Part shown: positions 58,084-64,000 of the stretch, one piece after another
How the letters are laid out: every line of letters begins with the position of its first letter
Position numbering within the stretch: the stretch's first letter is position 1
Source of the DNA: Gracilinanus agilis
Lineage: Eukaryota
DNA length: 64,000 nt
Direction: 5' to 3'
Assembly (NCBI RefSeq): GCF_016433145.1
Contig: NC_058132.1
Coordinates: 204,139,682-204,203,681, forward strand
Notes under the pieces: model-generated
What the model was told of the DNA's origin: nothing
Seen by the model: only the letters and a program-made list of their open reading frames with translations
The model's database searches: none
Made by a program: the position numbers and the translations under genes

Positions 58084-59022
58084 CATTTAGGCCTATTTGA
58101 GGCAGCATTACATTCAAGTCTAGCCTCTGATTCATATCAGCTGTGTGATCTTGAGTAAGTCATACCATTCCTGGAAGTGTCTTCCAGGAAATTTTTTAAA
58201 GGGTTACACATAAGTAGTTTCCACACCAGGAATTCCCAACTCTGATGAAATCAGAGGTGTGATTTCTTTGTGTGTTCCCCTTCTCCCTTTTGCTCTCTCC
58301 CTTTTATCTCTGCTATCTTTTAGTCTCACCTTTAATATTTTAATACTCTATGACTCCCTCCTTCATTCTTTTCTTTTTTTCTTCCTTCATTTCTTACACT
58401 TGAGAATAGAGGAGGAAAAGAGGTTTGAAGGTAGGCAGAAAGAAAGAGAACAGGGAAATACCAGGGAGAAAGCAGGCATTTCCTTTCCCTGGCAGACATT
58501 TGTGATAATGGTAAATAATTGCATAGCACTAAATGCTTCAGAACTCTTTGACATCCATTATCTCATTTGATCTTCCCAATAGTCATGTGAAGAAAGTCGT
58601 GCAGGCATTATTTTCCTATTGAACTAGGCTCAAAAAAAAGGCTCAAAAAGTTCATAGAGTCTAGTGCTTGCAGAGATCTTAATTGTGGAATCATGGGATT
58701 TAGAGGTGGAAGAGACTCTGGACATAATTTAGTCCAACTTCTTCCATTTGACAGGTGGAGAAGATGAGGCCCAGAGAAAGAGCTTAGATGACTTGTCCAA
58801 GAAAAGAATACAGTCAAGATTAGACCAAGTCTAGTGATTTTCTTATTACAATAAAAAGTAATTTGTCCAAGGTCACATAGCTGTTAAATAGCACCTTAAA
58901 CAAAGCATTCCTGGCTCTCGTGGGGTTGGATTAGATGGTCTCTAAGGTACTCTCCTGTTTTAAAATAGATTATTTTTTTGACTTCTAGAATTCCAGTGGG
59001 TTTTCCCCACCATGAAACCATT

Positions 59023-59250
59023 TATTTATTTATTTATTTTTAGAACCCTTACCTTTTGTCTTAGAATCAATACTGTGTATCGATTCCAAGGCAGAAGAAT
59101 GATGGGTGCTAGGCAATGAGGGTCAAGTGACTTGCCCAGGGTCACACAGCTAGGAAGTGTCTGAGGCCAGATTTGAATCTAGTACCTCCCTGGTCCTAGG
59201 GCCTGGCTCTCTGGACCTGGCTCTCAATCCATTGAGCACCCAGCTGCCAC
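59023..59250 (-). mobile_element. SINE with (TTTA)n tail and 13-bp TSD
   Basis: TSD CCATGAAACCATT on both sides (about 59010 and about 59251). Confidence 0.8.
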
Positions 59251-59569
59251 CCATGAAACCATTGTTATTGCTCTTCTTCACTTACTTGAACTTGATCCCC
59301 TGGAGAGGTCAATCCAGTTTAGAAACTGGGAGAACCAAGGCAAGGAAGGCACATTGTCTTCAGCCGTCAGCTCCCTTCTTCCCTTAAAGTGACATTAAAA
59401 GGCAGGTGCAAAGCACTTCCTGAATGGTTTTTGTTGATGGAAACATAGGATTAGGACTGATGACTTCCCTCATATATATCATTGTGGGTGAATCACCTTT
59501 CCAGGCCTCAGTTTGGCATTTGGCAGGTAGATCTCCTCTGCCTATAGACAGGGAACTGAATGACATGAC

Positions 59570-60645
59570 TTTTTATTATTAAAAAAAATCCTTATCTTCT
59601 GTCTTGGAGTCAATAATCAATATATTGTGCATTGGTTCCAAGGTAGAAGAGTGATAAAAGGTTAGGTGATGGAAGTTAAGTGACTTGCCTAGGGTCACAA
59701 AGCTAGGAAATGTCTGAGGCCAGATTTGAACCCAAGTTCTCCTGACCCCAGTCCTGGTGTTCTATTCACTGTGCTAATTAGCTGCCCCAAAGGAGGGGAT
59801 TAAAAAGCACAGTACTAGTACAACTACTGTGGCTCAGGTGTCTGAACCAACCATCAAGAGTCCCTAGTAATGCTTTCTTGCTTTCAAGCCCTTACCTTCC
59901 ATCTTAGAATCAATACTCAGTACTGGTTCCAAGGCAGAAGAGTAGTAAGGACTAGGTAATTGGGGATAAGTGACTTGCTCAAGGTCACAAAGCTAGGAAG
60001 TGTTTGAGACTAGATTTGAACCTGGGTCCTCCTGATTCCAGGTCTAACACTATCAACTGTGCTAGTTACCCCCTATAACATGATCTTTTGAGGATCCTTC
60101 CAGGCTTTGTGATTTTTGTGAATTATGGGGTCAGAGAACTGGAGAAGGTTCTATAGTTCACAAAGACAAAATAAAAATCTACTGTAGTGCCCTGGGGGTC
60201 ATGGAAAGGAGGAATTTTTTTCTTAAACCCTTATCTTCTGTTTTAGAATCAATACTAAGTGACTTATTCAGGGTCACACAGCTAGGAAAAATCTGAGGCC
60301 TGATTTGAGCCCAGGACTTCCTGACTCCAGACCTGATATTTTATTCACTCTGCTACTTAGCTTCCCCAAGGGAGGAGATTAAAAAGCAGAGTATCTGTAC
60401 TACTGTGACTTAGATGTCTAAGCCAAACATCGAGGGTCCCTAGTAATGTTTTCTTTTCTTTTTTTTTTTTTAAACCCTTACCTTCCATCTTAGAATCAAT
60501 ACTTAATGGTGGTTTCAAAGCAGAAGAGTAGTAAGGGCTAAGCAATTGGGGGTAAGTAACTTGCCCTGAGATCAGATTTGAAACCAGGACTTCCCATCTC
60601 CAGGCCTGGCTCTCTATCCACTAAGCCCAGCTTTGCCCCTGGTAA
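59570..60645 (-). repeat. Array of four antisense SINEs containing an old tandem duplication (period about 580 bp)
   Basis: The non-SINE spacer CCCCAA.GGAGG.GATTAAAAAGCA...GTCCCTAGTAATG occurs at 59785-59878 and 60364-60452. Confidence 0.7.
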
Positions 60646-61528
60646 TGTTTTCTGTTTAAGTTCTCAGTAAGTGGGCTGGATGTTACCATAAGAGAGGAAG
60701 TTGGAGGGCAGACAGTGATAGTTATTTGGATCAGTTTATGTGTCTGTGTACCTTTCAAGTCCTTTGGGTTTTCTGTAGGGAATTAGCTTTATGCCAGGCC
60801 TTGAAGAAAAGAAGGTTTTTCCAGATGGAGGTGAAGGCTAGAAGTAAATCTCTGGAGCAAAGGAGAGAAATACCGATTCATGTCCACAGAGGAGAGGAGG
60901 CAGGCTTTTTGCCCTGTACCTCATGACCCAGGCTCTTCTCTTCTCTTCTAGGAAGTGTGTGCATTTGATACTAAATTCAGGAAATTATACCTTAGATGTC
61001 TTGACTCCAGGGGCAGTCATCTCAGTCCAGGGAGTAGAGAAAAGAAGAGAACTATATATATATTTTTGCATATGTGTTTGTGGGTACTTCTCTTGTCCCC
61101 ATTTGATGATGACGCAAATTTTATACAGCTTAAGATGTACAGAAATAATTTTAATCACAACAATCCTGTGAAGTTGATAGCATGAGTAGTAGACTCCCAT
61201 TTTTTAGATGAGGAAACTGAGTCTCAGAGAAGTTAGATGGCTTTCCTCAAATCACAAAGCTGGTGGAATTATTATGACCAAAGCTGGCCCTGAAGAAATG
61301 AGGAAATGCAGCTCCTGCTTCTTGGTAGAGAAGGCTGTGGAAACATGCTGTCAGACTTAGATGATATATTGATTAGTTTCACTGAACTGTTTTTTTTTTC
61401 TCTTTTTAAAATTCTTTGTTTTAATGGATGATTCACATCCATGATGGTATGGGGTGGGGGAGAAATAGATTGGGAGATTTAAATTACATAAAAACAAAAG
61501 ATATCGATAAATAAAAAAGATCACACAG

Positions 61529-61730
61529 GGGGCAGCTGGGTAGCTCAGTGGATTGAGAGCCAGGCCTAGAGACGGGAGGTCCTAGGTTCAAATCTGGCCT
61601 CAGACACTTCCCAGCTGTGTGACCCTGGGCAAGTCACTTGACCCCTATTGCCTACCCTTACCACTCTTCTGCCTTGGAACCAATACACAGTATTGACTCC
61701 AAGATGGAAGGTAAGGGTTTAAAAAAAAAA
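61529..61730 (+). mobile_element. Near-consensus SINE1_Mdo with TSD
   Basis: TSD AAAAAGATCACACAG (61514-61528) / AAAAAGATTACACAG (61731-61745). Confidence 0.9.
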
Positions 61731-61918
61731 AAAAAGATTACACAGCTAGTAAGTGATCAAACCAGAAGAGTTCTTCTGATTTTGCTACTATAAATCATGC
61801 AGTCAGAACCAGCAATTCCTTCTTCTCTGCCCAAGTACTGTCTTGAAAAAGCCACTGAACTGCTTGGGGGATTGGGGTATCTCTGTTCCCTGATGGTCTC
61901 TCCCTTCTCCCAACCTAG

Positions 61919-62033
61919 GATATAAGACCCTTCTCAAATGTTTATCTGGCAAGTTCTGTCGAAGGGAGCTGATTGGCATCATGGGACCCTCAGGCGCTGG
62001 GAAGTCAACATTCATGAACATCCTTGCTGGGTA
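61919..62033 (+). CDS. ABCG4: ABCG4 exon 3, 3' end lost in assembly gap
   Basis: [37 protein letters not shown], then Ns; TAG acceptor. Confidence 0.93.
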
Positions 62034-62194
62034 NNNNNNNNNNNNNNNNNNNNNNNNNNNNNNNNNNNNNNNNNNNNNNNNNNNNNNNNNNNNNNNNNNN
62101 NNNNNNNNNNNNNNNNNNNNNNNNNNNNNNNNNNNNNNNNNNNNNNNNNNNNNNNNNNNNNNNNNNNNNNNNNNNNNNNNNNNNNNNNNNNNNN
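62034..62194. other. Assembly gap (161 N)
   Basis: Run of N. Confidence 1.
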
Positions 62195-62352
62195 ACAGAA
62201 TTGGGAGGATGAGTTTCTGGTGGGTGGGAGAGTTTGTAGCAGAATTTCACAGGAAGGAATGAAACGCAGTGTTTGGAGTTTTTCAGAGGTGGGCAGCCTA
62301 GGGCTTTGAAGATATTCTAGCCAATGATTCCCATGACATGCTATTCCTACAG

Positions 62353-62485
62353 GGAGACTGGCATGAAGGGGCAGATCTTGGTGAATGGACGACCTCGGGA
62401 GCTGCGGACCTTTCGCAAAATGTCATGTTACATCATGCAGGATGATATGCTGCTTCCTCATCTCACTGTGCTAGAGGCCATGATG
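62353..62485 (+). CDS. ABCG4: ABCG4 exon 4
   Basis: [44 protein letters not shown]; CAG/GTGAGG. Confidence 0.95.
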
Positions 62486-62886
62486 GTGAGGGTTCACCCC
62501 TTCTCTAGGTATTGAGGTACTGATATAACTTCCTCCCTCCCATCAGTTTCCCTTGGGTTCCATGGGTATAGCAACAATATATTGAGCTATTAAGCACTAT
62601 GTACAAAGGAAGCATCATGCTTTGTATGTGTGGGAAAGCTACAAACATTAGATAAGCTGTAGCCACTACCCTCAAGGTGGGTGATGAACATTAGATCCTT
62701 CACCACCCTTATTCCCCCTTCAAGGTTGATAGGCACCCTGGAATTCCCAACGCTAGGATGCTCTGCTGAAATCTACTCTTCTGCTTGTCCCTCTGACTGA
62801 CTGAAGGGTTGGGGGTGAGATGGCATTCATGAGGCCTTTGGGTTTCAGTATCCACACCAGTGATCCGCCTCATTTTTTGTGCCCAG

Positions 62887-62937
62887 GTCTCTGCCAACTT
62901 GAAGTTGAATGAAAAACAAGAGGTGAAGAAGGAGCTG
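62887..62937 (+). CDS. ABCG4: ABCG4 exon 5
   Basis: VSANLKLNEKQEVKKEL; CAG/GTAAGT. Confidence 0.93.
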
Positions 62938-63186
62938 GTAAGTAGAAGTGGAACCTGGTCAGAGGTACCCTTCCTCTGGGAGCTGGACCAGTGGAACTGA
63001 GGGGGCAGGGTAGCCCCTGGGAGAGGGAAGAAATGGCCCTGGAACCAGCTTAGCTAGGGCAGGTTGGGGGTGGTCTCCAGATAGAGTCAGTACCCTGCTG
63101 AGGTCTTTTTCTGGCAGAGGAATGGCGGGATGGCAAATGGGTTTCTGGAAGCTTTCTAGGCTGATGTGGGGGTGGGCTTTGGGCAG

Positions 63187-63332
63187 GTGACTGAGATTCT
63201 GACGGCTTTGGGACTGATGTCCTGCTCCCACACGAGGACAGCCATGCTCTCCGGGGGTCAGAGGAAACGACTGGCAATTGCTTTGGAGCTTGTCAACAAC
63301 CCACCTGTCATGTTCTTTGATGAGCCTACCAG
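63187..63332 (+). CDS. ABCG4: ABCG4 exon 6
   Basis: [48 protein letters not shown]; CAG/GTATTC. Confidence 0.95.
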
Positions 63333-63766
63333 GTATTCTCCTTGGGCTAACCTTTCCCTCAACACATCCCCCCCATACTCAATGCCATAGAGCTATTGAG
63401 AGATCCAGGAGCCTGGGCTTTCCAAGACCATCCCAGAAGAGTGAGGGAACTAGGCTCTATACGTTCTGACTTCCCAGTGGGCCAAAGTGATGATGCAGTA
63501 GGATTGGGATTGGGGTGGGGGCAGAGAGGGTGAGAGAATTAGACTGTAAACTCCTTGAAGGCAGAAACTATCTTTTGTCTCTGATTGTATCTCCAGCACT
63601 TAGTATAGTGCTGGCACATAGTAGGTGCTTAATAAATGTTTATTGAATTGAATTGAATTGGGAATAGGATGAGAACCTGCTCTCTCCATTCTAGATCATT
63701 CCCCTCATTTGAATTTTCTACACCCCTAATATTCCCTCATCTTGGTCTGTTTCTTTTTCTTGGCAG

Positions 63767-63890
63767 TGGGCTGGACAGTGCCTCCTGCTTCCAGGTTGTA
63801 TCATTAATGAAGTCCTTGGCTCAGGGGGGCCGTACCATCATCTGCACCATCCATCAGCCCAGTGCCAAGCTATTTGAGATGTTTGACAAG
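63767..63890 (+). CDS. ABCG4: ABCG4 exon 7
   Basis: [41 protein letters not shown]; CAG/GTCAGC. Confidence 0.95.
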
Positions 63891-64000
63891 GTCAGCTACC
63901 AGTTTTGGCTCTCCTGGATAGAGAGCATAGGGTTGAGGAGACCCGTTAGTGTCTATTATATCCAGGCTCTGGGAGGTTGGCTGGGTATGGAAATGTTTGT

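Larger units (their letters stand above)
55093..63890 (+). other. ABCG4: ABCG4 gene (ABC half-transporter, sterol transport), 5' part encoding the nucleotide-binding domain; continues off the right edge
   Basis: Walker [11 protein letters not shown]-loop YIMQDD, signature LSGGQ, Walker B VMFFDE, H-loop CTIHQP. The N-terminus matches ABCG4 rather than ABCG1. Confidence 0.95.

Noticed and set aside
59570-60645. Repeat-spacer-repeat pattern considered as CRISPR-like
   Set aside because: The repeats are about 200-bp diverged SINEs in a mammalian intron; no cas genes and no constant-length unique spacers.
1-64000. tRNA, rRNA, snRNA or NUMT sequences
   Set aside because: None recognised; tRNA-like A/B boxes occur only as SINE heads.

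Overview
Vertebrate (marsupial) genomic DNA. The dense CORE-SINE population (SINE1_Mdo/MAR1-type, GGGGCAGCTGGGTAGCTCAGTGGATTGAGAG...) points to a didelphid, most likely Monodelphis domestica (inference). The window carries the conserved therian gene block DPAGT1(-) / C2CD2L(+) / HINFP(+) / ABCG4(+). It contains DPAGT1 exon 1, all 14 coding exons of C2CD2L (TMEM24), all 9 coding exons plus the non-coding exon 1 of HINFP, and the first 7 exons of ABCG4, one of which is clipped by a 161-N assembly gap. I traced all exons by hand with GT-AG boundaries and consistent phases; gene identity rests on recalled human orthologue sequences, not on a database search. Four CpG-island promoters are present. 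Intergenic and intronic DNA is mostly SINEs, L1/L2 fragments, a 4.7-kb internally deleted full-length L1 nested in a solo LTR, four hAT/Charlie MITEs and a Tc1/mariner fossil. I found no prokaryote-type system and no clearly new gene; most long ORF-track entries are artefacts of GC-rich or repeat DNA. The most notable observations are: a 12-bp triplication of the C2CD2L exon 6 splice donor giving in-frame alternative donors, a Charlie MITE with a perfect TSD carrying a near-perfect CTCF motif in HINFP intron 1, the internally deleted L1 with a duplicated 5' UTR, uORFs in the C2CD2L and DPAGT1 leaders, a UPRE in the DPAGT1 promoter, an RFX X-box in C2CD2L intron 1, and a 32-bp-spaced CCAAT pair in the HINFP promoter.
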